Source of the DNA: an uncultured Verrucomicrobiae bacterium
GTDB taxonomy: Bacteria > Verrucomicrobiota > Verrucomicrobiia > Limisphaerales > JAFGQR01
DNA length: 46,858 nucleotides
Direction of reading: 5' to 3'
Assembly (NCBI GenBank): GCA_963788655.1
Contig: CAWBHS010000066.1
Span: 1 to 46,858 of the forward strand
This document shows, one piece after another, positions 32,743-44,100 of this stretch (positions within the stretch are counted from its first letter, which is position 1; each line of letters opens with the position of its first letter). The notes under the pieces were generated by a model. That model was not told where the DNA came from and did no database searches. It saw nothing but the letters and a program-made list of their open reading frames with translations. Position numbers and translations under genes: made by a program.

Positions 32743-34458
32743 CTATTTGGAAGCGTCGAGGTCGGGCAGGAGTTTTCCGCCCAGTTGTGGTGGATAGAAA
32801 TATCCCATCGTCTGCATGGCTACGTCCGTGCGATAGAGCCTATCCTGCATCAGGCATACCCGCCGGCTCGTGGCTGGAATGGTAGTAGTGTAAATGCGGA
32901 CTTCACCGTTCAAAGCGGTGATTACTTCCTCGCGCCAATCCCCCAGGCAATCGGCGATGGCCACAATTCGGCCTTCGATTTGGCCCACCTTTTCACGCGG
33001 CCAGCGATAGATCGTCTTGCCCACGATGAAGACTTTGGTCGGGCCATCGAGCCAATAGATGGCTTTGGGCGACAGTTCGCCCAGACTCTGGTCCGAAAGC
33101 TGCCGGCCATCGGCAGTGTACAGCCAGTAATTGGTGCCGCCTTTGGCTTCGCCGGCGTAGCATTCCATTCCCGGGTATTCGGAAATGATGTCGCCCACCA
33201 TGCCTTGGCTGTGAACATGGACCGTGATTTCCGGACTGCCCCAGATTTGTTTGCCGGTTTTGGCATCCACCACGCAGACCGTGTTGCTCTGCCGGCCCGG
33301 CTCGATACCGTAAAATATTTCCAGGCCGGGTCGGCGAGGATCGATGTCCGCCACGTAACAGGCGTCCGGGTGGCCTTTGCGGGTGTTCCACATTGGCTTA
33401 CCATTGTCGTCGATGACCGCCGAGCCGATCACGACTTCGTCGCGTCCGTCTGCATCCACGTCGGCGGCATGCATGCCGTGCATTCCCTGGCCGCGATAAC
33501 TGGCGTACGGGCCGGAGGCTTCCCAGTACCAGTGGGGATTGAACGACGCATCGTAAGTCTGGACTTTGATGATCTTGTAGGTGCCGCGTTCCACGATCAA
33601 ATGAGGGTGCCGGCCATCCAGATAGGCTACGCCCAGCAGATTGCGCGAAAAGTAGTTGTAATCGGTAAAGCCCTCACGGTTCGGCCAGGGGACTTTCTTT
33701 TTCACCTTGCCGGTCAGACCATCAAGCATGACCAGGAACTCGTCACCGCGACGAACGTGGCCGGTGGACTCGCGCGGATCGCCTTCGCCGGCTTTGCAAA
33801 ACACCTCGGCTTTGCCATCGCCGTCGAGGTCAAACACCACAATGGGCGAATACCAAATGCCTTCTTCGATGGCCCAGCCCATGTCGTAGCGCCACAGCAA
33901 CGTGCCATCGTGGCGGTAGGCTTCGAGCTTGTAAGTGTCCTCGCTTTTCTTCCAGTAGCCGGGACGTTGATAGGGATCGGTGTTGAAGTCGGGTTGCTTG
34001 ATGAGGTAATCCAACTGGCCGTCGCCGTCGAAGTCCGCCAGGCCCACTTTTTGCGGACGGTAATTGCCATTGAGTTTCAGACTGACGAATCCGGTGTTGG
34101 CCTCGATCTTTGCCGGCGCGGAAGCTGCCATGGAGCGTGATCCGCGCACGGGCTGGACGACGTAGGCCGGCGTTTGGCCGGCTGGGACTCGATCTACAAA
34201 ATTGCAGGAGTCCAAGATCGGCTGGCGGTTTACCTTGAGCCGCTTCCCCTGAGGCCCGTCCAAACGATACAAATCAAACGCCACGTCCGCCGGTTCGGAA
34301 GCCAGCAGGCGCCACCCCACATACACCTGACCATCTCCGGCACGCATGGCGAATAAACCGCGATCTAGTTTCTCCACCGCCGATAAATAGTCACTCGGCG
34401 ACAACCAAAGTCCGGCGGCGGCAGCGACGATGAGGGGAAGACGAAGTGGTGTTTTCAT
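32743..34458 (-). CDS. Rhamnogalacturonan lyase-like protein (PL11, YesW/YesX-like)
   Basis: Signal peptide; EKLDRGL..., VYVGWRLL N-domain; repeated DxDGDG Ca-binding loops; GVAYLDG, GQGMH, DCLGDWREEV, LMQDRLYR. Confidence 0.85.
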   Translation of the reverse strand: MKTPLRLPLIVAAAAGLWLSPSDYLSAVEKLDRGLFAMRAGDGQVYVGWRLLASEPADVAFDLYRLDGPQGKRLKVNRQPILDSCNFVDRVPAGQTPAYVVQPVRGSRSMAASAPAKIEANTGFVSLKLNGNYRPQKVGLADFDGDGQLDYLIKQPDFNTDPYQRPGYWKKSEDTYKLEAYRHDGTLLWRYDMGWAIEEGIWYSPIVVFDLDGDGKAEVFCKAGEGDPRESTGHVRRGDEFLVMLDGLTGKVKKKVPWPNREGFTDYNYFSRNLLGVAYLDGRHPHLIVERGTYKIIKVQTYDASFNPHWYWEASGPYASYRGQGMHGMHAADVDADGRDEVVIGSAVIDDNGKPMWNTRKGHPDACYVADIDPRRPGLEIFYGIEPGRQSNTVCVVDAKTGKQIWGSPEITVHVHSQGMVGDIISEYPGMECYAGEAKGGTNYWLYTADGRQLSDQSLGELSPKAIYWLDGPTKVFIVGKTIYRWPREKVGQIEGRIVAIADCLGDWREEVITALNGEVRIYTTTIPATSRRVCLMQDRLYRTDVAMQTMGYFYPPQLGGKLLPDLDASK

Positions 34459-34576
34459 TGCACTTTCACAAATGGATTTTGCTTAGCAGTAGCGAAGGTC
34501 CGGCGGGGATACAAGCGCGAAATCGTTTCGCGGTGGACGAAAGCTCCAGGCGTCAACTACCATGTCGTGAACTAAC

Positions 34577-35992
34577 TTGATGAACAGAAACAATTGGAAC
34601 CGTTTTTTGCCGCTGCTGCCTTTGGTGATCGGGGTTGCCGCCGTGGTGACGCTAACCACCTGGTTTGCGCTGGGGCCTGGAAAGAAGCTTATTCTGCGAA
34701 TTCCCGGTACCGACCGCGCCGCCGGAGCCGGTGGTCCGGGCGCCAGCACGAATGCCGTGTTGACCGGTAAGCTAATCAAAGGGCCGGGGCAACCAGCGGA
34801 TTTGCCCGGGGACTGGTCGCAATTCCGTGGGCCCAATCGCGATGGCATCAGTCCCGAGAATGTCCCGTTGTCCAAATCATGGGAAACCACCCCACCGCGC
34901 GAGTTATGGGCAGTGGATTTGGGCGAAGGTTACGCCGGCGCGGCTATTGCCAATGGCCGGGTCTATGTGATGGATTACGACCGCAAAAACAAGCAGGACG
35001 CCTTGCGTTGTCTTTCCTTCGCGGATGGCAAGGAGATTTGGCGCTTCGCCTATCCGGTTTCCGTCAAGCGCAACCACGGCATGTCTCGAACCGTTCCCAC
35101 GGTCACCGGCAACTATGTGGTGGCCATTGGACCCAAGTGCCACGTGGTCTGCCTGGACGCGGAATCGGGGGAATTGAAATGGGGTTTTGACATGGTCTAT
35201 CAGTATGGCGCCACCATTCCGCCGTGGTATGCCGGGCAATGCCCGTTGGTTGAGGACGACAAGGTCATTTTGGCGCCGGGTGGTCCGGACGCGCTGCTGG
35301 TGGCGGTGTCCCTCGATACGGGCAAGGAAATCTGGAAAACTTCCAATCCCAACGACTGGAAAATGACGCATGCATCGATTGTCCCGCTCGAGGTGGACGG
35401 CCTGCGCATGTATGTCTATTGCGCCAGCCTCGGAGTGGCCGGCGTGTCGGCGGCGGACGGTTCGTTGCTATGGGAAACCTCGGAATGGAAGATCAGCATT
35501 GCCACCGTACCCTCGCCGGTCCCTTTGGACAATGGCCGGCTGTTCTGTTCCGGCGGCTACAATGCTGGCAGCCTGATGTTGCAGGTGACCAAACAAGGAA
35601 ACCGATTCACTACCAAACCACTGTTCCGACTTGATGCGGATGTGTTCGGCGCCACGCAGCAAACGCCGATTTATTTCGCCAACCATCTGTTCGGGGTGCG
35701 GCCCAATGGTGAATTTGTTTGCCTGGACACCCAAGGCAAGGTCGTGTGGAGCAGCGGGTCCGACCACAAGTACGGCCTCGGACCTTTTCTTAAAGCTAAC
35801 GGTGTTTTCTTCGTGATGAACGACAGCGGACTGCTCAGCTTGGTGGAGGCCACCCCGACGCGATTCAACCTTCTCACGCAGGCCAAGATTCTTAATGGCC
35901 GCGAATCCTGGGGACCGCTGGCGATTGCCGACGGGCGTCTCATTGCGCGGGATATAACCCGCATGGTGTGCTTGGACGCGGCCGCGCGGTGA
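34577..35992 (+). CDS. Membrane-anchored PQQ-like/BamB-type beta-propeller protein
   Basis: N-terminal TM helix, DWSQFRGPNRDG, repeated D..G...W blades. Confidence 0.85.
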   Translation: MMNRNNWNRFLPLLPLVIGVAAVVTLTTWFALGPGKKLILRIPGTDRAAGAGGPGASTNAVLTGKLIKGPGQPADLPGDWSQFRGPNRDGISPENVPLSKSWETTPPRELWAVDLGEGYAGAAIANGRVYVMDYDRKNKQDALRCLSFADGKEIWRFAYPVSVKRNHGMSRTVPTVTGNYVVAIGPKCHVVCLDAESGELKWGFDMVYQYGATIPPWYAGQCPLVEDDKVILAPGGPDALLVAVSLDTGKEIWKTSNPNDWKMTHASIVPLEVDGLRMYVYCASLGVAGVSAADGSLLWETSEWKISIATVPSPVPLDNGRLFCSGGYNAGSLMLQVTKQGNRFTTKPLFRLDADVFGATQQTPIYFANHLFGVRPNGEFVCLDTQGKVVWSSGSDHKYGLGPFLKANGVFFVMNDSGLLSLVEATPTRFNLLTQAKILNGRESWGPLAIADGRLIARDITRMVCLDAAAR

Positions 35993-36043
35993 ACCGCTGT
36001 CAGCGCCGGTTTGCCGGCACACTCCGTACGCTTGTTGTTGGCT

Positions 36044-37051
36044 TCACGGTTCTCGTGGTTTGAATTCCGATTTTTGCGCCAACGCTTCCCAAAGCGTGCG
36101 TTCCTCGGAACTCACTTGAGTAGGCACTTGAACGAAGATCGTCACGTAAAGGTTACCTCGTTCGCCGCTGGCTCCGGAGGGCAAGCCGCGGCCCCGCAAC
36201 CGCAATTGCTGGCCGTTCTCGGTGCCGGGCGGAATGCGCAAGGACACCGTGCCGTTCAGTACGGGCACTTGGACAGTGGCGCCGAGCACTGCTTCCCAAG
36301 GCGCCAGATCCAAATCGTGATGCAAGTCCGCGCCGCTGACTCTAAATTCCGGGTGGGCCGCAAAACGCACCCGCAGATAGAGATCGCCGGCGGCCCCGCC
36401 AGTCCGGCCGGGATCGCCTTTGCCCGTCAGGCGAATGCGTTGGCCATCATGCACGCCGGCGGGAATGCGGACTTTGTAAGTGTTGGTCTCCGTTTGACGG
36501 GACTGGGGATTGGTGCGCCGCACCGAAACGGAACGGATCGAACCCCGCAGGGCCTCATCCAGGGTCACTAGAATGTCCCCTTCAATGTCACTGCCGCGTT
36601 CGGCGTACGCTTGTCCGGCGAACGGTTCGCCCCGTCCGCGAAATCCTTGCTGAGTGGATCCGGCGAAGTCCCCAAAACCGTGCCCACGGCCAAAAAACTG
36701 CTCAAAGAAATCACTAAAGCCAGTGCCGCCGAAGTGAAATTCAAATCCTTCCGTGCCGCCCCCCCGTGATCCGCCCCAACTCTGCTGTTGCCAGCCGGGT
36801 GGTGGTTGGAACCCGCCGCCGTGTTTCCAGTTGGCTCCGAGTTCGTCATATTTCTTACGGTTCTCCGGATTGCTCAGCACCTCGTAGGCTTCATTGATGT
36901 CCTTGAACTTTTCCTCGGCCCGCTTTTTGTCCTTGGCTACGTCTGGATGAAACTCGCGAGCCAGTTTGCGAAAAGCCTTCTTAATCTCGTCGCCGCTCGC
37001 GCTGCGCGAAACCCCGAGAACCTTGTAGTAATCTTTAAATTCAACCGGCAT
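36044..37051 (-). CDS. cbpA: DnaJ-class co-chaperone (CbpA-like, no zinc finger)
   Basis: J domain KDYYKVLGV...HPD...[10 protein letters not shown]-rich region, PWEAVLGA C-domain. Confidence 0.9.
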   Translation of the reverse strand: MPVEFKDYYKVLGVSRSASGDEIKKAFRKLAREFHPDVAKDKKRAEEKFKDINEAYEVLSNPENRKKYDELGANWKHGGGFQPPPGWQQQSWGGSRGGGTEGFEFHFGGTGFSDFFEQFFGRGHGFGDFAGSTQQGFRGRGEPFAGQAYAERGSDIEGDILVTLDEALRGSIRSVSVRRTNPQSRQTETNTYKVRIPAGVHDGQRIRLTGKGDPGRTGGAAGDLYLRVRFAAHPEFRVSGADLHHDLDLAPWEAVLGATVQVPVLNGTVSLRIPPGTENGQQLRLRGRGLPSGASGERGNLYVTIFVQVPTQVSSEERTLWEALAQKSEFKPREP

Positions 37052-37207
37052 CGCAACCTTTCATCGTTTCGTTCGTCTCCATGCTAACAGACCCGGCGCC
37101 TTCCCGCCAGTGGGGAGAAGTTAATCGCTCCCGCACGGCCGCAGCTTGGTTTTGTGGACGAAAACGACGCGATCCGCAACGGTGAAGAAGCGAATGCCAT
37201 TTCGAAC

Positions 37208-37281
37208 CGTGACGGCGTCTCGGCAGAGCGCCTCCAGATTGGGAAAAAGACTTTGCGGCGCTCTGCCGAGACGCCGCTACG
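37208..37281. repeat. REP doublet downstream of clpB, same family as 13958-14032
   Basis: CGGCGTCTCGGCAGAGCGCC ... GGCGCTCTGCCGAGACGCCGCTACG inverted pair. Confidence 0.8.
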
Positions 37282-37293
37282 CCCGGGTTGACA

Positions 37294-39921
37294 TCAAACC
37301 GTTGCCTTCAGCTTCTGCGTTTCAAATACCAATTCGCCCTTGTTGAAATCCACGTTGATCCGGCTGTTGTCCGTGACGTCTCCCGCCAGCAGCTTGCGGG
37401 AAAGCGCCGTTTCAACATGGCGTTGCAGGTAGCGTTTGAGCGGCCGCGCTCCATAAACCGGATCGTAACCCTCGCGCGCCACGTGTTCTTTGGCGGCTTC
37501 AGACAAATCCAGTTCAATGTGCCGGTCGGCCAAGCGCTGGCGCAGCAAGCCAAGTTGCAAGTCCACGATCTGTTTGATTTCTGCCAGCGTGAGCGACTTG
37601 AAGAGCACGATTTCGTCAACGCGGTTCAGAAATTCCGGGCGGAACCCGGCCCGCAACTCTGCCATGACTTTTCGGCGCACATCCTCGGGAATCTCGCCGC
37701 TTTCGCTGGCGTTCTCGATCAGATGCGGACTGCCGACGTTGGACGTCATGATGATGATCGTGTTCTTGAAATCAACCGTCCGTCCCTGGTTGTCCGTTAA
37801 CCGGCCATCGTCCAGGATTTGCAAAAGCACATTGAAAGCGTCGTGGTGGGCTTTCTCGATTTCATCGAACAAAATCACGCTGTAGGGCTTGCGGCGCACC
37901 GCTTCGGTAAGCTGGCCGCCTTCCTCGTAGCCCACGTAGCCAGGCGGCGCACCGATCAAGCGGGCGACCGCGTGTTTCTCCATGTATTCGCTCATATCGA
38001 TGCGAACCATGTTTTCTTCGCTGTCGAACAGACTTTCCGCCAGAGCGCGGGCCAACTCGGTTTTGCCGACGCCGGTCGGTCCGAGAAAAATGAATGAGCC
38101 AATGGGCCGTTTCGGATCTTTCAATCCCGATCGGGCGCGGATCACCGCATCCGCCACCGCTTGCACCGCTTCGTCCTGGCCGATGACGCGTTCGTGAAGG
38201 ATTTCGTCCAGTCGCAGGAGTTTCTCTTTCTCGCCTTCGAGCAGACGGGCCACCGGAACGCCGGTCCAGCGGGAAACCACTTCAGCCACTTCGTCCGGCG
38301 TGACTTCCTCAAGCAGCAAGCGCACGCCGCTCTGGGGTTGCGCCTGGATTTTGGTTTCGGTGTCTTTCAGTTGTTTCTCAAGCTGGGGCAGCCGCCCATA
38401 TTGCAGTTCCGCCACGCGCCCCAAGTCACCCTGGCGCTGGGCCGTCTCGATTTGATGCCGGGTCATTTCGATGGCCTCACGCAGTTTCTGAACGTCCTCG
38501 ATGGCGTGGCGTTCGTTCTCCCATTGGGCTTTAAGTGCATCGCGATCGCTTTTGAGATTGGCAATGTCTTTCTCCAACAGGGCCAGGCGTTCTTTGGACG
38601 CGGCATCCTTTTCTTTGCGCAAGGCTTCGCGTTCAATTTCCAACTGCATGACCCGGCGCTCAAGAGTTTCAAGTTCCTCCGGCATGCTCTCCATTTCGGT
38701 GCGCAACTTGGCTGCCGCCTCGTCGATCAGGTCAATGGCTTTGTCCGGCAGAAAGCGGTCGGAAATGTAACGGTGCGAAAGCTGCGCCGCCGCTACCAGC
38801 GCACCGTCCTGGATATGCACCCCATGATGTAATTCGTAGCGTTCACGCAGGCCGCGCAGGATTGAAATGGTGTCTTCGACGCTGGGTTCGTTTACCATCA
38901 CCGGTTGGAACCGCCGCTCCAGGGCTGCGTCCTTTTCGATGTATTTGCGGTATTCGTCCAACGTGGTGGCTCCAATGCAATGGAGTTCGCCGCGGGCCAG
39001 CATGGGCTTGAGCATGTTCCCGGCGTCCATCGAACCTTCGGCTTTGCCTGCGCCAACGACGGTGTGGATTTCGTCGATGAACAGAATGATTCGTCCCTCG
39101 GCCTTGACGATTTCCTGGAGCACGGCCTTGAGCCGCTCCTCGAATTCTCCCCGGAACTTGGCTCCGGCAATCAGCGCGCCCATGTCGAGCGCCACAATCC
39201 GCTTGTCTTTCAAGCTGACCGGCACGTCACCGGCCACAATGCGGCGGGCCAGGCCCTCGACAATGGCGGTCTTGCCGACACCCGGCTCACCGATCATGAC
39301 GGGATTGTTCTTTGTGCGGCGCGACAACACCTGCGTGCAGCGGCGAATCTCGCTGTCCCGGCCAATGACCGGATCGATCTTGTTTTGCTGCGCCAGCCGC
39401 GTCAGGTCGCGACCATATTTCTCCAGCGCTTCGTAGGTGCCTTCGGGATTGGCGCTGGTGACGCGTTGATTGCCGCGGACTTCAGTCAGAGCCTTTAGGA
39501 AGGTGTCGCGTCGAATGTTGAGCGCTTTGAAAATGCGGCTGATGGGCGTGTTAGCGGGCTCGTCAAACATGGCCAATACCAGATGCTCGACGCTGACGTA
39601 CTCGTCGCGCAGTTTCTTGGCTTCGTCCTGCGCCTTCACGAACAGTTGGTTGAGGCGTTGGGTGACATAAACCCCCATGCCGGCGGCGCTGTCACCGCTC
39701 ACGCGCGGTAATCGAGCAATCTCCTCCTCCAACCGAGCCTTGAGCAGTTCCGGCGAGATCGATGCTTTCTCGAACAGACGCGCCACCAGACCACTTTCTT
39801 GTTCCAGCAACGCCAGGGCCAGGTGTTCCACGTCCACCGCTTGATGCTGGTTGCGCGTGGCGGCGTTTTGCGCCTCCGTCAAGGCGGCCTGTGATTTCTC
39901 GGTAAATTTATTGAGATCCAT
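37294..39921 (-). CDS. clpB: ATP-dependent disaggregase ClpB
   Basis: Two AAA modules ([16 protein letters not shown]), long coiled-coil middle domain, [17 protein letters not shown]. Confidence 0.98.
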   Translation of the reverse strand: MDLNKFTEKSQAALTEAQNAATRNQHQAVDVEHLALALLEQESGLVARLFEKASISPELLKARLEEEIARLPRVSGDSAAGMGVYVTQRLNQLFVKAQDEAKKLRDEYVSVEHLVLAMFDEPANTPISRIFKALNIRRDTFLKALTEVRGNQRVTSANPEGTYEALEKYGRDLTRLAQQNKIDPVIGRDSEIRRCTQVLSRRTKNNPVMIGEPGVGKTAIVEGLARRIVAGDVPVSLKDKRIVALDMGALIAGAKFRGEFEERLKAVLQEIVKAEGRIILFIDEIHTVVGAGKAEGSMDAGNMLKPMLARGELHCIGATTLDEYRKYIEKDAALERRFQPVMVNEPSVEDTISILRGLRERYELHHGVHIQDGALVAAAQLSHRYISDRFLPDKAIDLIDEAAAKLRTEMESMPEELETLERRVMQLEIEREALRKEKDAASKERLALLEKDIANLKSDRDALKAQWENERHAIEDVQKLREAIEMTRHQIETAQRQGDLGRVAELQYGRLPQLEKQLKDTETKIQAQPQSGVRLLLEEVTPDEVAEVVSRWTGVPVARLLEGEKEKLLRLDEILHERVIGQDEAVQAVADAVIRARSGLKDPKRPIGSFIFLGPTGVGKTELARALAESLFDSEENMVRIDMSEYMEKHAVARLIGAPPGYVGYEEGGQLTEAVRRKPYSVILFDEIEKAHHDAFNVLLQILDDGRLTDNQGRTVDFKNTIIIMTSNVGSPHLIENASESGEIPEDVRRKVMAELRAGFRPEFLNRVDEIVLFKSLTLAEIKQIVDLQLGLLRQRLADRHIELDLSEAAKEHVAREGYDPVYGARPLKRYLQRHVETALSRKLLAGDVTDNSRINVDFNKGELVFETQKLKATV

Positions 39922-40005
39922 ATCGCGTCTTTCCCTTCGCTGTATTTACTCGCCGGTGTACCGGCGAATGGCAACTGCCAGCCCATTCTGAGCAGCGGTC
40001 CCAAT

Positions 40006-40051
40006 CAGCAACCGGCGGGACGTGCGTTCGGCACGCCGCCGCCGGTTGCTG
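40006..40051 (-). other. Strong hairpin between hsp20 and clpB (terminator or mRNA-stability element)
   Basis: Perfect 13-bp stem CAGCAACCGGCGG/CCGCCGGTTGCTG plus an inner 5-bp stem CGTGC/GCACG; no clear U-tract. Confidence 0.5.
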
Positions 40052-40075
40052 CCCGGCCAAACCAACCCTCATCCG

Positions 40076-40531
40076 TTACTCCACCTTAACTTGCTTCGGT
40101 TGCGCTTGCTCGCTTTTGGCCAAACGCACCTTGAGCACGCCATCTTTGAAGGTCGCTTGCACGTTGTTCGCATCGGCGTCCTCAGGCATCACCAGACTAC
40201 GCTCGAACCGACCATGTTGCCGTTCGCTTCGGTGATAGCGCCGGCCGTTGAGTGGTTGATCCGGCTTCCGCTCACCCGAAATCGTCAGCGTACCGTTTTC
40301 CACCAGCACCTTCACATCTTCTTTCTGAACCTCGGGTAATTCAACCTTCAGGAGATATTCTTTGTCGTCTTCGATCACATCGATTAGCGGGATCCAGTTG
40401 GGCTGCAAAGCCCGTTCAGCCGGGGGAGCGACGGTGATGCGGTTGAAGGGCAGCCGGCCCAGTGCCGACGACAAATGTTGTTGCAGGTTGTCCATTTCCG
40501 CGAGCGGGTTCCAAGTTGTCAGAATCTTCAT
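40076..40531 (-). CDS. Hsp20/alpha-crystallin small heat-shock protein
   Basis: PLIDVIED, ELPEVQKEDVKV, LTISGERK, ERQHGRFERS, ATFKDGVLKV. Confidence 0.95.
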   Translation of the reverse strand: MKILTTWNPLAEMDNLQQHLSSALGRLPFNRITVAPPAERALQPNWIPLIDVIEDDKEYLLKVELPEVQKEDVKVLVENGTLTISGERKPDQPLNGRRYHRSERQHGRFERSLVMPEDADANNVQATFKDGVLKVRLAKSEQAQPKQVKVE

Positions 40532-41165
40532 AGTTTTAAATTGTTTCTCCGGCGGAGGATCGTTTTCCTGAGCAACCCGTCTCCGCCAAAACGGACTCGC
40601 TCATTTGTTCACAACTCTCGTCAAATTGTTCGTCTATGACGAGCGAACACAAACCTATTTATCACTTTGAATGCCATCTCTTTTTTGGAAGCATAGTATT
40701 GCTGTATGTGTCTAAATATAAGTATGTAATGGCTTTTCTGTTGGAGAAGTATTATCTCGTGATACGTTTTGTTGTGCGCCATAATGGCACCACACACCCA
40801 CCAGAATGTCTCTATTGCTTTCGACCAGATGTCACTACGGGTGCGGCATAATCCGGCAATAAGCGGTAAGAAAGTGTTGAAGAATATCTTGACAACAGTT
40901 CGCAAATTAGTGGAACTGACACGGCAACTTCTGCCTTGCTAGTTTCTCGAATCGGCAATTATAGCCGACTTGGGCAACTTTAGTGTCGTAAATGGCATGG
41001 ATTGCCGGCTAATAACGCCATCGGTACGTATGCTGCTTGGCGTCCGGACGACGGCCTTTGATCGTGGTGAGAAGAGTTGCCCGTATGAACTTCTTTTCAT
41101 CTATCGGTCATCCGCCGGCAAAACCCCCGGGTTCTTAGTGTGCAACAGACCTAAATAACAAAGCT

Positions 41166-44100
41166 ATGCGATTCAAGACCTTCCAAGCTCTGATCTTATT
41201 ACTCTTCCTTCTTGGCTGGGGTGTGCCCCGTGCGCTCGCCCAATTTCCGATCACCACGCAGATTGGCGGGGGGCCCGAAGGGAGCCTCACTGTCAATGCT
41301 GAGCCTGGGTCGTTCACCGTCGAAGGGGGCGGGGGCGACATCTGGGACGTGAGTGATGAGTTCACGTTTCATTACCGGCCGATCGAAGGGGATTTCGACG
41401 TGGCCATCCGCGTCGAGTCCGTCGAGCCGGTAGCCCGCTGGACCAAGGCGGGCCTGATGGTGCGCGAGAGCACTGCGGGCGACAGCCGGATGGCCTGGGT
41501 GCGGACCACGCCCGAAGCCGTCCCGACGCAGTCGGCTGATACCGGGGTTAACGACGTGCAGTTCGCCTATCGCAAGGGTTATGACGACGGCAGTGGGTCG
41601 AACGGTGGCCAACACGAAGAGGGCGGTGGCATTCCGTCGTATCCGAACACATGGCTGCGGTTGACCCGCGTGGGCAACGTGTTTACCGGCTACAACAGCG
41701 CCGACGGCGTCAATTGGACGATGTTGGCCAGCCAGGACACGGCGACGTGGAACTCGCCGCTGCCCTCCAAGTTGTTGTTGGGGCTGGCGGTGTCGCGGCA
41801 CGGCAGCGCGCCGGGGACGGAGACGGCGACGGTGGAGTTCCGCGACTATCGGGAGACGATTTATCCGCCGAGCACGATTTTGACGGATGTGACGCAGCCC
41901 GGCGATACGATCGTGGGCAGTTCGGTCAATGTGCCCAGCGCGAACGAGGATGTGGACAAGGTGATCGACAACGATTCGAACACCAAATATCTCAATTTCG
42001 ATGCCGGCGTGGCCAATGGCAATTTACCCACCGGCTTCACGGTGACGCCGAGCGCCGGCCCCCAATTGCTGGTGACCGGCATCAGCTTGACCTCGGCCAA
42101 CGACTCGCCACCCCGCGATCCGGCGACGGTGACGATTGAAGGCTCCGATGACGGGGTGACGTTCACGCCGATTATCTCCGATGTGACGGTGCCCGTGTTT
42201 GCCAATCGCTTCGAGAAGAAGATCATTTCCTTTTACAACACGACCCCCTACGCGATCTACCGGGTGACATTCCCGACAGTGGCGGACCCCGCCACGGCGA
42301 ACGCCATGCAGGTGGCCGAAGTGGAGTTGCTGGGGTATGCCTACAATGCCGGGGTGCCGGTGGTCACCACGCAGCCGCAGGATCAGGAAGTGGTCGCCGG
42401 CTTGACGGCGAGTTTCTCGGTGGCGGCCGATGGCACGCCGCCGTACTACTATCAATGGCTGCTCAACGGTTCCCCGATTGCCGGGGCGACGGCGCCAACC
42501 TATACCACGCCAACCCTGTTGCTGACGGACAACGGGAATCAGTATTCGGTGCAAATCACCGGCGCCGAAGGCAGCGTGGTGAGCAGCGCCGCCACCGTTT
42601 CGGTGGTGGACGCGCCGACCGTGGCGCAGGTGGCCAATTTCTACAATCCCAACCTGGTCGTGGTGTTGTATGACCGGTTGATGGACTCGGGCAGCGCGCT
42701 GGATCCCGCCAATTACAGCTTCTCGGACGGACTGACCATCGACGGGCCGCTCTCCTTTGACACGCTGTATGCCACCGCGGTGTTGATCCCGACGACGACC
42801 CAAGCCCCCTATGTGACGTATCAGGTGACGGTCTCGAATGTCGAGGATGCCAGCGGCGCGCCGATCTCGCCCAATCCCACGACCGCCAGCTTCGTGAACG
42901 CGCCGGGCGGTTTCTTTGCCAACTTTGACAGTGCCCCCAGCGGCGCCACGGTTTATGGCGACGGCGCGATTTCCGGTATCGTTCAGGACGGCGTGTTGAA
43001 GCTGACCTTGAACCAGAACAGCGCCGCGGGCAGTATTGTGGTCAACGAACTGACTCCGGGAGTGGCGGTCGATCAGTTCACCGCGACCTACAAAGTGCAT
43101 ATCGGCGACGGCTCGGGCAATCCGGCCGACGGGATGAGCTTCAATTTTGCCAATGATCTGCCCGACGCGGCCACGGGCGCCACCGCGGCCGAGGGCGGCG
43201 TGGGCACCGGCTTGTCGGTGGGTTTCCATTTTTACAACGATGACTTCATTGAGGTGAAACTGGGGGGCACGCAGATTCTGCAAGTTACTACCCCGGTTTA
43301 TGGGGTGGCCGACTGGGTGGATGTGACGATTCACATGGACCCGGATGGGACCCTGGACATGACCTGGGGTTCGGTGGTGATCGCGGATAATTTCCCAACC
43401 GACTACACCCCGGTGACGGGACGGTTTGGCATCTTCGCGCGCACGGGCGGGGAGAATGCGAACCAATGGATCGATGATTTGGCGATCCAGGTGACTGAAC
43501 CGGGACCGCCGATTGTATCGTCGCAGCCCCCGGCCGATATTTCGACCACCGAACTGCTGATGGTTAACCTGGCCGTCGAGGTGACCGGCGGCAGTCCGGC
43601 GCAGATCCAGTGGTTTCGGAACGGCGCGCCGATTGCGGGCGCGACGGGCGCCTCCTACTCCTTCCGCGCGGCCTTGGCGGACGACGGGGCCACGTACACG
43701 GTGGATGTCTTCAACGGCTTCGGTCGGGTCACGGCCAATACGTTGCTGGCGGTGGCGGCGGACACGACCGCGCCCGAACTGCTGTCGGCCGTCGGCGATC
43801 CGACCCTCGAACACGTGCGGTTGGCCTTCTCGGAGCGGGTGAACCCGCTGGATGCCACCGATCCGTTCAATTATGAACTGGACAACGGGGTGACGGTGAC
43901 GGCCGCGACGATGATCGACGATCACACCGTGCTGCTGACCACCCAACCGCAAACCGAGGGCGTGCTCTACACGGTCACGGTGAACGGCCTGCGCGACTTG
44001 GCGGACACGCCGAACGAAATTGCGGCGAACAGCCCCGCCACGTTCACCGCGTGGGTGTTCACGCCGGGCTTTGTGTATCGGGAGTTTTACTACGACCTGT

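Noticed and set aside
40532..41165. AT-rich region with small ORFs, or a CIRCE element
   Set aside because: The ORFs have non-coding-like composition and there is no TTAGCACTC-N9-GAGTGCTAA; most likely a divergent promoter region.
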